This document shows, piece by piece, positions 24,764 to 33,230 of a stretch of 46,057 nt of DNA. The stretch is taken from assembly GCA_038045145.1 (NCBI GenBank), contig JBBSYQ010000006.1, positions 1-46,057 of the forward strand. Direction: 5' to 3'. The position numbers were made by a program, and so were the translations under genes. The notes beneath the pieces were generated by a model. The model worked only from the letters and a program-made list of their open reading frames with translations. It was not told the origin of the DNA and did no database searches. Every line of letters begins with the position of its first letter. Position 1 is the first letter of the stretch. The DNA is from Nanobdellota archaeon. Its GTDB lineage: Archaea > Nanobdellota > Nanobdellia > Pacearchaeales > GW2011-AR1.

Positions 24764-25426
24764 ATGCAAATTAAAATTTTGGTTGAGGGCGGAAAAATGA
24801 CTCCAAGTCCTGCTTTGAGCCAGAAGCTCGGGCCGATGGGATTGAACATAAACAGCGTTATTCAGAAAGTGAACGAGGCAACGCAGAGTTTCAATGGATT
24901 GAAAGTCCCGATAGAATTGGAGATAAATCCGTCGACAAAAGAGTTTGATATTAAAATATTCTCGCCGCCGGTTTCAGAACTTTTGAAAAAAGAATTTAAA
25001 ATTGAAAAAGGCTCGGGCGCGCAGAAAAAAATCAAGGTCGCAAATGCTTCAATAGAGCAGATAATCTCCGTTGCCAAGACAAAACTTCCAAATATGCTTT
25101 CAAAAAATCTCAAATCCGCAGTCAAGAGCGTTGTCGGAACATGCGTTGCTCTCGGAGTTTTAATTGAAAACAAGCCCGCCGTTGAAGTTGAGCGGGAAAT
25201 TGAAGAAGGGAAATACGACAAGGAAATTAACGGCGAGCAAACAGAAACTCCCGACGACAAAAAGAAAAAACTTGACGAATTCTTTTTGGAGTTGAAGAAA
25301 AAACAGGATGAAATACTCAAGCAGGAACAGGCGGCAAAAGAAGCTGCCAAGGAAGCTGCTGCAACGACAACACCTGCCGCCGCAACTGCTCCTGCTGCCG
25401 TCGTGAAAACTGCCGCGAAAAAATAG
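24764..25426 (+). CDS. rpl11: 50S ribosomal protein uL11 with ~55-60-aa C-terminal extension
   Basis: MQIKILVEGGKMTPSPALSQKLGPMGLN is the canonical uL11 N-terminus. After ...EEGKYD comes an extra K/E coiled-coil-like segment and an Ala/Thr/Pro/Lys tail. Confidence 0.9.
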   Translation: MQIKILVEGGKMTPSPALSQKLGPMGLNINSVIQKVNEATQSFNGLKVPIELEINPSTKEFDIKIFSPPVSELLKKEFKIEKGSGAQKKIKVANASIEQIISVAKTKLPNMLSKNLKSAVKSVVGTCVALGVLIENKPAVEVEREIEEGKYDKEINGEQTETPDDKKKKLDEFFLELKKKQDEILKQEQAAKEAAKEAAATTTPAAATAPAAVVKTAAKK

Positions 25427-25427
25427 C

Positions 25428-25435
25428 TTTATAAA
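25428..25435 (+). promoter_or_regulatory. TATA box for tRNA-Pro
   Basis: TTTATAAA centred about 28 nt upstream of tRNA position 1. Confidence 0.5.
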
Positions 25436-25458
25436 TTTGCTTAAGCTATTTTTTTCAT

Positions 25459-25531
25459 GAGGCTGTGGGGTAGCCTGGTAGCCTTCGAGGTTTGGGACCT
25501 CGCGACCCCGGTTCAAATCCGGGCAGCCTCA
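25459..25531 (+). tRNA. tRNA-Pro(UGG)
   Basis: GAGGCTG-TG-GGGT-AGCCTGGTA-GCCT-T-CGAGG-TTTGGGA-CCTCG-CGAC-CCCGG-TTCAAAT-CCGGG-CAGCCTC-A. Confidence 0.9.
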
Positions 25532-25640
25532 TCGACGATGCGTCAGCAGCGTCGATTGACGGAAAGCGAAGCTTTCCAGTCTTTGGACAAGAGATTTATA
25601 TTCAGAGATATTCACGAAATTCCATATTTGAAAAATTAAA

Positions 25641-25859
25641 ATGCCATCAAAAACAAAAAAATCAAAATCATCTGCTCGATTTGGAGCAAGGTACGGAAGG
25701 AAAATACGCGCCAATCTTGTTGCAGTTGAAATTAAACAAAGGTTGAAACAAAAATGCCCTTTTTGCGAGAAGAAAGGAGTTGAGAGATTGTCGAAGGGAA
25801 TCTGGCGCTGCAAAAAATGCAAGAAGAAATTTGCCTCAAACACATATTACCTTGAATAA
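25641..25859 (+). CDS. rpl37ae: 50S ribosomal protein eL43 (L37Ae)
   Basis: SARFGARYGRKIR... followed by a CPFC...CKKC zinc ribbon. Confidence 0.92.
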   Translation: MPSKTKKSKSSARFGARYGRKIRANLVAVEIKQRLKQKCPFCEKKGVERLSKGIWRCKKCKKKFASNTYYLE

Positions 25860-25896
25860 CCGAAAATTAAATAAATCAATATTATAGAACAATAAA

Positions 25897-26034
25897 ATGA
25901 CTACCTATAAATGTTTCAAATGCGAGAAGAAAATTCCAAGTGCAAATCTTGAAGCAAGATTTATTTGTCCTTATTGCGGAAGCAAAATATTCTACAAACC
26001 GCGAACAAAACCAAAAAAAATAAAGGCGGTTTAA
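25897..26034 (+). CDS. rpoP: DNA-directed RNA polymerase subunit P (Rpo12)
   Basis: 45-aa ORF missed by the track: MTTYKCFKCEKKIPSANLEARFICPYCGSKIFYKPRTKPKKIKAV. It has the C-x2-C...CPYCG zinc ribbon. The eL43-rpoP-pfdB neighbourhood is typical of archaea. Confidence 0.8.
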   Translation: MTTYKCFKCEKKIPSANLEARFICPYCGSKIFYKPRTKPKKIKAV

Positions 26035-26039
26035 TTCTT

Positions 26040-26348
26040 ATGGAAAATCAGAAAAAAATTCAGGAAATGCAAATTTTGGAGCAGAATATGCAGAACTTGT
26101 TGCTGCAAAAGCAGAGTTTTGAAATGGAATTCTCGGAAACCAAGTCCGCTCTTGTGGAAATTGAAAATGCCGACGACGAAATTTTTAGAATAATCGGGCA
26201 ATTGCTGATAAAATCAGATAAACTGAAAGTAAAAGACGAGCTTTTGAACAAGGAAAAACTGATTGGATTGAGGATAAAGAGCATTGAAAAACAGGAAGAT
26301 GCTTTTGCAGAAAAACTCGAAAGATTAAGGAAAGAAATTCTTGATTAA
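26040..26348 (+). CDS. pfdB: prefoldin beta subunit
   Basis: From ATG 26040: MENQKKIQEMQILEQNMQNLLLQKQSFEMEFSETKSALVEIE...IFRIIGQLLIK. This gives a coiled coil, beta hairpin and coiled coil layout. Confidence 0.8.
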   Translation: MENQKKIQEMQILEQNMQNLLLQKQSFEMEFSETKSALVEIENADDEIFRIIGQLLIKSDKLKVKDELLNKEKLIGLRIKSIEKQEDAFAEKLERLRKEILD

Positions 26349-26374
26349 AATATTGGTTAAAAAGTTACGAAATC

Positions 26375-26384
26375 TTTATAAATA
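26375..26384 (+). promoter_or_regulatory. TATA box for sepF
   Basis: TTTATAAATA ends exactly 20 nt before the ATG at 26404. Confidence 0.5.
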
Positions 26385-26403
26385 TCTCCCGTTTAATTTT
26401 CAT

Positions 26404-26784
26404 ATGGTTTTTGACAGGATAAAAAAGGCTCTTTCATCTTCAGGTGATTCCGACGGGGAGGAATATATTGAAATAGATATAGGAAAGGAAAAAAAAGAAA
26501 AGAAAGTTGTTGTAAGTCTCTTCTACTTAAAAAATTATGATGATGTAACCCCGATTCTTAATGCAATAAGGGAGGGTTACACAATTGCGATCATTGATTT
26601 TAAGATATTAAAGCAAAAAGACCCGATTGAATTGAAGAGGGCTGTTTCAAAAATAAAGAAAACAACCGACGCGCTTGAAGGAAGCATTGGCGGTTTCGGG
26701 GATAATATTTTGATAGTAACTCCTTCATTTGCAAGAATTCACAAGGAAGCAGAAGTTCCGAAGGAAAAAAGCAAATTTGCATAA
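26404..26784 (+). CDS. sepF: SepF-like cell division protein (FtsZ anchor)
   Basis: MVFDRIKKALSS is an amphipathic N-terminus. The core (VVVSLFYLKNYDDVTPILNAIREGYTIAIIDFKILKQKDPIELKRAVSKIKKTTDALEGSIGGFGDNILIVTP) matches the SepF/DUF552 pattern. Confidence 0.72.
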   Translation: MVFDRIKKALSSSGDSDGEEYIEIDIGKEKKEKKVVVSLFYLKNYDDVTPILNAIREGYTIAIIDFKILKQKDPIELKRAVSKIKKTTDALEGSIGGFGDNILIVTPSFARIHKEAEVPKEKSKFA

Positions 26785-26983
26785 ATTTATTATTCTTTAA
26801 TTTAAATCCTAATCATAATAGCATTTCTTTATTAACAACTTTTTTTAGAAAACAAATTTTTTACTGACTTATTAAGTATGTGCGTTCACTTTTACTCGCG
26901 CCCCGACTTTGCAATAAATAAAAACAAAATTTGTCAAAGTTAAAACACTCGGTTCACGAGGGTAATACTAATAATCAATGATT

Positions 26984-27035
26984 TTTTACATTAACAATCT
27001 AAACTAACCCAAACGAAGTGAGGCAATTTAAACAA
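26984..27035 (+). repeat. intergenic repeat, copy B (~52 nt)
   Basis: TTTTACATTAACAATCTAAACTAACCCAAACGAAGTGAGGCAATTTAAACAA. It lies between two convergent genes. Confidence 0.7.
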
Positions 27036-27158
27036 GAATTACTTTTTAAACAAATCTTTTATTAACAAAAAATATAAAATAAACTATCTATTCTTATTAT
27101 CTTATGAACCTGTTTTCATTACTTCTGCTTTCATTTTAATCTTATACTACTCTACTTT

Positions 27159-27545
27159 TCAAACCTTTGCAATTGAGAAAACTGTTTTTAAAGCAACGAT
27201 TATTGTTGCCGGCGCGAACAATGCAAGCAAGGCGCCGAATATTGATGAAACTGCATCTCCTATTCCTATCCCGATTAATGTTCCGCTAACACTGTCCATT
27301 CCGAATCTGCTGACTATGACAAGAACCGCTCCTGCTATGAGAAATGTTTGCGAGTCCCTCCCAGTGGCATTCATATATCCGACGACAATTCCAAGAAGGA
27401 CGAGAACGGCATAAATCTGTTTGCTGTAGATTGTTAGCGCAGATATTGATATAAACAGCGTTGTTGAAAGTCCGATGACAACTGCAAGAATAACCCCTAT
27501 GAGAAAAGCCCATGCGCCGATTTTGTTTTCTCTGGACTTTAGCAT
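27159..27545 (-). CDS. small integral membrane protein (4 TM)
   Basis: 128 aa consisting almost entirely of four hydrophobic helices. Confidence 0.6.
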   Translation of the reverse strand: MLKSRENKIGAWAFLIGVILAVVIGLSTTLFISISALTIYSKQIYAVLVLLGIVVGYMNATGRDSQTFLIAGAVLVIVSRFGMDSVSGTLIGIGIGDAVSSIFGALLALFAPATIIVALKTVFSIAKV

Positions 27546-27644
27546 TTTTCTTTTTATAATTTAAGCACGGATATTTATAAACTTTTTTAATCCCAAAATT
27601 TATAAACTATAAATCAGATTTATTGATAAATATTTGAAATTAAA

Positions 27645-28409
27645 ATGAAAAGAGCGAGTTTATGCCTAATTTTTTTGGCGTTAATATTTTCTTCAGTTGT
27701 AGTTTCTGCGGTTAATACTCCCATAACTGTTAAGACTCTTCCAAACCATGACATTCTGATTCGCGCGTTAAAAATAACAGACACTGCAAATAATCTTATA
27801 GAGAGCTTTTACGGCGATTCAGATAGTTTCGGGAATATTTCAGTTACGCTGTCTTCCGACGAGCCGAATTTCAACATCAGGGTTTGGGTAAAAAAGGACA
27901 ATGTGGTGGTTGTTTATGATATATTTGAGAATGAATATCCTGCCGGCGAGCTGGTTTCTCTTGAAGTTTATCCCGAGTGGTATCTTAAGCAGAAAGAAAT
28001 AGAAAAAACCATGAACAAAAATTCATCTTCAGAGGAAAATGCTGCAGATGAATCAGCACAAGTAGTCAACGTCAGTGATGAGAACTCCACAGAGAATGAA
28101 ATTTTAAACCAGTCTGATAAAGACTCTAAAATAATCGGGGGAGTTGTCTCACAAGATAAGGGATTTTTCTCCAACAAAATGCTTAATTATATTCTTGTAG
28201 CTGTTTTCATCCTGATAATTTTATTTACAGCAGGTTTTGTGATAACAAAAAAACAAAAACGCTCTTTTTCAAATCCTGTTTTATATAAAGTTAATCCGAA
28301 TAATAAAACTGACGCAGAAAGGATAATGGAAGCAGAAAAGAGAATTAGGGATTCTAGGGAAGAAATTGAAAGAATAAGGAACAGGGGAAAAACCTTTGCG
28401 GTTTTTTAG
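27645..28409 (+). CDS. type I membrane protein with extracellular domain
   Basis: Signal peptide (CLIFLALIFSSVVVSA), a C-proximal TM (ILVAVFILIILFTAGFVI) and a basic cytoplasmic tail. Confidence 0.6.
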   Translation: MKRASLCLIFLALIFSSVVVSAVNTPITVKTLPNHDILIRALKITDTANNLIESFYGDSDSFGNISVTLSSDEPNFNIRVWVKKDNVVVVYDIFENEYPAGELVSLEVYPEWYLKQKEIEKTMNKNSSSEENAADESAQVVNVSDENSTENEILNQSDKDSKIIGGVVSQDKGFFSNKMLNYILVAVFILIILFTAGFVITKKQKRSFSNPVLYKVNPNNKTDAERIMEAEKRIRDSREEIERIRNRGKTFAVF

Positions 28410-28622
28410 AAAAATTGCAGAATAATTTTCTCTCGCGAATTTGCAATTTAACTTCGGTTTCCAATTCTTCGCTTGATTTCCATGGAACTTTTCTCTTATT
28501 ATATATAAGATATATAAGACGAGAAAGACAGATTTGATGCTGATAATCTATACCAAAATTAAATATATTTTGCAAGACAGAAATGTTTATAAACCATAGT
28601 AACTGCGGAATGATTACAAAAA

Positions 28623-30629
28623 ATGAAAACAAAATTATTGAGTTCATTCCTTACAGGCATATTTTTACTGATTTTGCTAATGACAAGTGTTAGTGCTGCG
28701 CTTGTTTTAACTGATGTCGGAGGTCCCTATACTTCTAATCATGATAGTTCTGTTACGGTTACTTTTAATTTAACTCATACAGGAACAATTATGGACCCTC
28801 AGACCGGACTTGATTGGTCTACAAGTAACCCCCCTAGCATTGGTTCTTGGACAACTCTTCCAACCTTAGCAACAATCGGCACGGCAGACGGAGATGTAGC
28901 TCTTTCAGCTGTATTAAGCGTGCCAAAAAGTTCTTCAGGAACAATAAATGCTAATATTAATGTAGTAAGTGATACTGGTGCTTCCGCTACTTTACCAATA
29001 ACAATCACAATAAACAACACACCAGAACTTCTTGTTTCTTCTTCAACAATGTTGCAATCTTCAAACTTAACAACATTCACCGTTACAAACGACGGAAACA
29101 CGCCTCTTTCAAACATTGTTCTTACCCCAACAGGCGACTTTAATGTTACACTTTCTTCTTCAACAATTGCTACATTAACAGCAGGTGCAAATCCCTCAAA
29201 CATCACTGCTACAAGAACAACTGCATTAAGTTCTTTGGCAAAGGGAACAAATACTGTAACAATTAATGCGACGGCATCAGACGGCACAACCTCAACAGGA
29301 ACAATCACCCTTGAAAATTCATTCTGCAGCGACGGCGAAGTAAATGCAACTGACTTGATATTAAGCGTTGACTTGGCAAACGACGGCGAAGGAAAAGAAG
29401 ACGAATGGTTGCTTCTCGACACAATAAAAGTTGACGCTGAACTCAAAAATGATAAAGACGGCGTTGATTTAAGCGATGTTGTCTTTGAACTGGGATTATT
29501 CAAGGAAGGCTCAAAAACAAATATAGCATCAGACATGATTTGGATTAGCGAAGATAGTGAAGTATTTAATTTTGGAGATGTTGATGAAGGAAAAAAAGGC
29601 AAGCATACTTTTGAATTCAGGGTTAGTCCTGAAGGAATAGACTCCGGAAACTATCTGTTAATGATTAAGGCTTATGAAGACGGAAAAGAAGACGAGCTTT
29701 GCACAGGCGAATCAGATGATTTTGATAGTTTCAGCACAAAAAATTATTATTATGAAATTGAAGTAAAGCAGGAAACAAGCAAGAACAAAATGGTTGTTAT
29801 TGATGAAAGTCTTTTATCAACTCCGATAGACGCGTTGTGCGGCGAACAAACAACCCTCAACTTTGATGTCTGGAACATAGGAGACACAGATTTCGCAGAC
29901 CAGTTTCTTGTTAATCTTATCAACACAGAACTCGGACTTAATTTAAATACAACTTATGTCGGAGATTTGGATGCAGGAGAAACCGCAAGTCTTTCATTCG
30001 TGCTTGATATTCCAAATGACGCTGAAGCAAAAAGCATCCCTTACACACTGGTAATGCAGACATTCTACGAATACGACGCAGACGGAGGAAAATATGAAAC
30101 TTATTACGACAGAAAATCAGAAAATACCTTCGACGCTTTGTTAAAAGTCGGCGGAAACTGCATCGTTAAAGGCGAAGCAACATTTGAAACCGATAAAACA
30201 GATATTGTTTCGGGCGGAAAAGCAGGAGAGCCATTGACTGTCAAGACAACAATCAAAAACTCAGGAACAAAGACAGCCGACTACATTATAAATACGGCAA
30301 ATTATACTGCATGGGCGTCTTCGGCAAACATAGACACAAAGACATTCACGCTAACCGCGGGCGAGTCAAAGGAAATTACAATAACTCTTGATGTAAAGAA
30401 AGGAATTTCAGGAGAGCAAACTTTCAATGTTGAAGTTGTTTCGGGAAATGAAATTGTAATGACTCAGCCGGTTTCAGCTTTAATCGAGGGAAGCAGCGGA
30501 TTGTTTGAAGGAATTACAGGCAGTTCAATTCTCGGCGGAGGAAGCAGTTACCTATGGATAATCGGATTTGTGAATGTAATACTAATTGGTTCAATAATTG
30601 TAGTTGCAGTAAGATTATTAAGGAGATAA
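28623..30629 (+). CDS. large cell-surface protein with CARDB-like domains and C-terminal TM + RLLRR anchor
   Basis: Signal peptide, many N-x-S/T sequons, and CARDB-like segments (LNFDVWNIGDTDFADQFLVNL...LDAGETASLSFVLDIP; LTVKTTIKNSGTKTADY...LTAGESKEITITLDV). The C-terminus is GGGSSYLWIIGFVNVILIGSIIVVAVRLLRR. Confidence 0.7.
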   Translation: MKTKLLSSFLTGIFLLILLMTSVSAALVLTDVGGPYTSNHDSSVTVTFNLTHTGTIMDPQTGLDWSTSNPPSIGSWTTLPTLATIGTADGDVALSAVLSVPKSSSGTINANINVVSDTGASATLPITITINNTPELLVSSSTMLQSSNLTTFTVTNDGNTPLSNIVLTPTGDFNVTLSSSTIATLTAGANPSNITATRTTALSSLAKGTNTVTINATASDGTTSTGTITLENSFCSDGEVNATDLILSVDLANDGEGKEDEWLLLDTIKVDAELKNDKDGVDLSDVVFELGLFKEGSKTNIASDMIWISEDSEVFNFGDVDEGKKGKHTFEFRVSPEGIDSGNYLLMIKAYEDGKEDELCTGESDDFDSFSTKNYYYEIEVKQETSKNKMVVIDESLLSTPIDALCGEQTTLNFDVWNIGDTDFADQFLVNLINTELGLNLNTTYVGDLDAGETASLSFVLDIPNDAEAKSIPYTLVMQTFYEYDADGGKYETYYDRKSENTFDALLKVGGNCIVKGEATFETDKTDIVSGGKAGEPLTVKTTIKNSGTKTADYIINTANYTAWASSANIDTKTFTLTAGESKEITITLDVKKGISGEQTFNVEVVSGNEIVMTQPVSALIEGSSGLFEGITGSSILGGGSSYLWIIGFVNVILIGSIIVVAVRLLRR

Positions 30630-30636
30630 AAATAAA

Positions 30637-30801
30637 ATGGCAGAAAATCAAATAACTCTGGACATGAAATGCTTCGGTACAGATGGCACCTCTGATGATT
30701 GGGGTGACCGGATTAAAATTCTAAGTGCTCCTATTGAAATAAAAGTTCAAGTTCAAAAAAATAGTGAAAATTTTATAAAGTGTACTTCCATTAAATTGTA
30801 A
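30637..30801 (+). CDS. 54-aa ORF, possibly a frameshifted Cys/His-rich small protein
   Basis: AGGAG lies 12 nt upstream. The ORF reads MAENQITLDMKCFGTDGTSDDWGDRIKILSAPIEIKVQVQKNSENFIKCTSIKL*. The +1 frame continues NCKYNHGAHGEYCGHQEGKK*. Confidence 0.3.
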   Translation: MAENQITLDMKCFGTDGTSDDWGDRIKILSAPIEIKVQVQKNSENFIKCTSIKL

Positions 30802-30922
30802 GTATAATCACGGAGCCCACGGGGAATATTGTGGGCATCAGGAAGGGAAGAAGTAGAATGTGTTTATCGGAGAGATTTAACTAATTTTTAATTTAATAAT
30901 AAATTTTAATTTCTTTTAAAAA

Positions 30923-31153
30923 ATGGCAGAAAAAAATATTGACAAGAAACTACTTATCAAGACTCTTAGAAAAAGATTGCCAAGAATATCAAGTGATGTT
31001 GTAACAAAAAGGGAGGAGTATCCTGTTTTTGAGAGGGCAGAAATTGAATTTCCAAATCCATATAATAAAGGACTTTTTGATTTAGTATATGTTCTTGGAA
31101 TAACAACATCCCCAGATAAGGGGAGGGAATTGTATATGCGCGAAGAGCAATGA
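30923..31153 (+). CDS. hypothetical 76-aa protein
   Basis: ORF only. No family recognised. Confidence 0.35.
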   Translation: MAEKNIDKKLLIKTLRKRLPRISSDVVTKREEYPVFERAEIEFPNPYNKGLFDLVYVLGITTSPDKGRELYMREEQ

Positions 31154-31240
31154 GGAACACTGAAGGTAAATTAGTTGGTGTTGGGTACAAAGATTTTACT
31201 TCTTTTAGTTATCTAACTGATTACAGGCCCTTAGGTTTAA

Positions 31241-31858
31241 CTACTCTTTTCTAAAAACCTTCTCATAAACCCTTTCCCAGAATTTGTTTTCTTTTTCAAA
31301 TTTTAAAATAAACAACCCAATTAAATATCCGATTAATCCTCCTGCAATTACATCGCTTAAAAAATGCACTCCGAAATAAATTCTGGAAAAAGATATTATC
31401 GCGGCGAAAAAAATCCAGACATATTTGAATCTCGGAAATTCTTTTGAAAGAATTGGTATTGCGCAAAAAACCAAAGCTGCCTGGAATGAAGGAAAAGAAA
31501 AGTTCCATATGTTATGGCTTTCTTCCGCCAATACGGGAAGGATTTGAACAAGTCCCTGCTGATACGGCCTCGCTCTCTGCATAGATAATTTAATCAGGAA
31601 ACTCGCAATTGTTGTCATTCCAAGAGTGAGCCACAATGGCATAATCCATTTTCTTTTATGCTCCTGCCATAAGAACAAACTTGTGAGAAAAAAGAAAATT
31701 ATTATTTCAGAGCTAAGAAAGCTAAGCCCGAGGAAAAAATTGTCCAATGCTCCATTTCTTGTCATGGAAACAAGGTTTATAATTTCAGAATCAAAATAAA
31801 AACTTGCAATTAGCAATACCGCAAAAAAAACCAACAACGAAATTCCTGTTTTTTTCAT
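31241..31858 (-). CDS. PAP2-family lipid phosphatase
   Basis: KLSMQRARP (KxxxxxxRP), a degenerate PSFQ (in place of PSGH) and SRIYFGVHFLSDVIAG (SRxxxxxHxxxD). Six TM helices. Confidence 0.8.
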   Translation of the reverse strand: MKKTGISLLVFFAVLLIASFYFDSEIINLVSMTRNGALDNFFLGLSFLSSEIIIFFFLTSLFLWQEHKRKWIMPLWLTLGMTTIASFLIKLSMQRARPYQQGLVQILPVLAEESHNIWNFSFPSFQAALVFCAIPILSKEFPRFKYVWIFFAAIISFSRIYFGVHFLSDVIAGGLIGYLIGLFILKFEKENKFWERVYEKVFRKE

Positions 31859-31915
31859 TTTACATACGGCATAAATATTGAATAACTATTTAAATAGATT
31901 TTCATTTAATCGTTG

Positions 31916-32473
31916 ATGAAAAATAAAAACAAATTTCTCGGTATTTTTTTGAGATACGCGATTCTTGTCCTCGCGGCAATTCCAAATCTCTGGATTTTCT
32001 ATTTTATTTTTACTCCCCTGACTGTTTATCCTGTCTTTTTCCTGATAAAAATTTTCTTTGACGCATTTTTGATGGATAACATCATAGTTGTGAATAATGA
32101 AGTCCCTATAGAAATAATAAAAGCCTGCATAGCGGGCTCTGCATATTATCTGTTGCTGATTCTTAACCTTTCAACGCCGAATATGAAATTTAAAAAAAGA
32201 ATAAATCTTATTTTAATTTCTTTTGCTTTGCTTTTAACAATAAATGTTTTTAGAATTTTGGCTTTGAGCGTGATATTTCTAGAGGGATTTTCTTGGTTTA
32301 TTCTGACTCATAAATTTTTCTGGTATTTCATGAGCACTATTTTCGTCGCAGGAATCTGGTTTGCCGAAGTAAAATATTTCAAAATAAAAGATTACCCGCT
32401 GTATTCTGATTTGAAATTTCTATACAATAAATCATTAATAAAATTAAGCAGGAAAAATCTTAAATTATCCTGA
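31916..32473 (+). CDS. short exosortase/archaeosortase-family membrane protein
   Basis: Polytopic. It has Cys (IIKACIAGS), Arg 42 residues later (INVFRILAL) and His (LTHKFFWY), in the order and spacing of the sortase catalytic residues. The ATG at 31916 is 20 nt after TATA ATTTAAATA. The track start at 31913 is TTG. Confidence 0.55.
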   Translation: MKNKNKFLGIFLRYAILVLAAIPNLWIFYFIFTPLTVYPVFFLIKIFFDAFLMDNIIVVNNEVPIEIIKACIAGSAYYLLLILNLSTPNMKFKKRINLILISFALLLTINVFRILALSVIFLEGFSWFILTHKFFWYFMSTIFVAGIWFAEVKYFKIKDYPLYSDLKFLYNKSLIKLSRKNLKLS

Positions 32474-32603
32474 TAAATAATGTTAATAATTAAAAATAAT
32501 AAAATAAATAAATCCGTGCTTTATAATAAATTAGCATGCAGATTTGGCATTAATAATCTTCAGTTAAATTCTGCGAAGCAGACAATTTTGGTTTTTAAAT
32601 AAA

Positions 32604-33230
32604 ATGGCATTTGAGCTTATCTCACAATTGGCCTCATATCTCTTAATGCTGATTCAAAAAGGGAGTTATTTTGGAATTTTTCTAGGCATGGCTGTTGAAA
32701 GTTCTTTTGTTCCCTTCCCGAGTGAAATAATCCTCATTCCGGCGGGGATTTTGGTTGCAGCAGGCAAGATGAATTTTCTTTACGTCTTTATCGCAGGATT
32801 GCTTGGAAGTCTCTTCGGGGCTTTTATAAATTATTTCCTGGCGTTGTTTCTGGGAAGAACGGTTGTTGATTTGCTTATTGAAAAATACGGGAAATTTTTA
32901 TTCTTAACCAAAAAAAATTTGAACAAATCAGACGAATATTTCAAGAAATACGGGGAAATAACAACGTTCATTGGAAGACTAATTCCCGGAGTAAGGCAGT
33001 TGATTTCTCTGCCTGCAGGATTTTCAAAAATGAACTTTCCTAAATTTGTTTTTTTCACAGGGTTAGGCGCAGGAATATGGACATTAACATTGATTTATGT
33101 GGGTTATTTTTTCAGGAATAATTATAATTTAATAAGCAGGGAAATTAATCTTGTTATAATTTTAATTGTCGTTGCAATCTTGATTGTTTATTTTTTGATG
33201 AGAAAAAGAAGAAATAAAACTCACGGATAA
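32604..33230 (+). CDS. DedA-family (VTT domain) membrane protein
   Basis: VESSFVPFPSEIILIPAG and GRLIPGVRQLISLPAG are DedA signatures. Confidence 0.88.
   Translation: MAFELISQLASYLLMLIQKGSYFGIFLGMAVESSFVPFPSEIILIPAGILVAAGKMNFLYVFIAGLLGSLFGAFINYFLALFLGRTVVDLLIEKYGKFLFLTKKNLNKSDEYFKKYGEITTFIGRLIPGVRQLISLPAGFSKMNFPKFVFFTGLGAGIWTLTLIYVGYFFRNNYNLISREINLVIILIVVAILIVYFLMRKRRNKTHG

Noticed and set aside
25965-26039. N-terminal 25 residues of the track ORF 25965-26348
   Set aside because: It starts at TTG inside rpoP. The prefoldin beta sequence begins cleanly at ATG 26040, right after the rpoP stop.
26341-26403. N-terminal 21 residues of the track ORF 26341-26784
   Set aside because: It uses a TTG start that overlaps the pfdB stop codon and runs across the sepF TATA box (26375-26384). 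ATG 26404 fits the promoter spacing and the SepF N-terminal amphipathic helix.
28799-29602. 267-aa ORF antisense to the CARDB surface protein, and the 161-aa ORF at 36410-36895 antisense to the S-layer candidate
   Set aside because: Shadow ORFs inside long genes with low stop-codon density. The sense-strand proteins have signal peptides and domain patterns.
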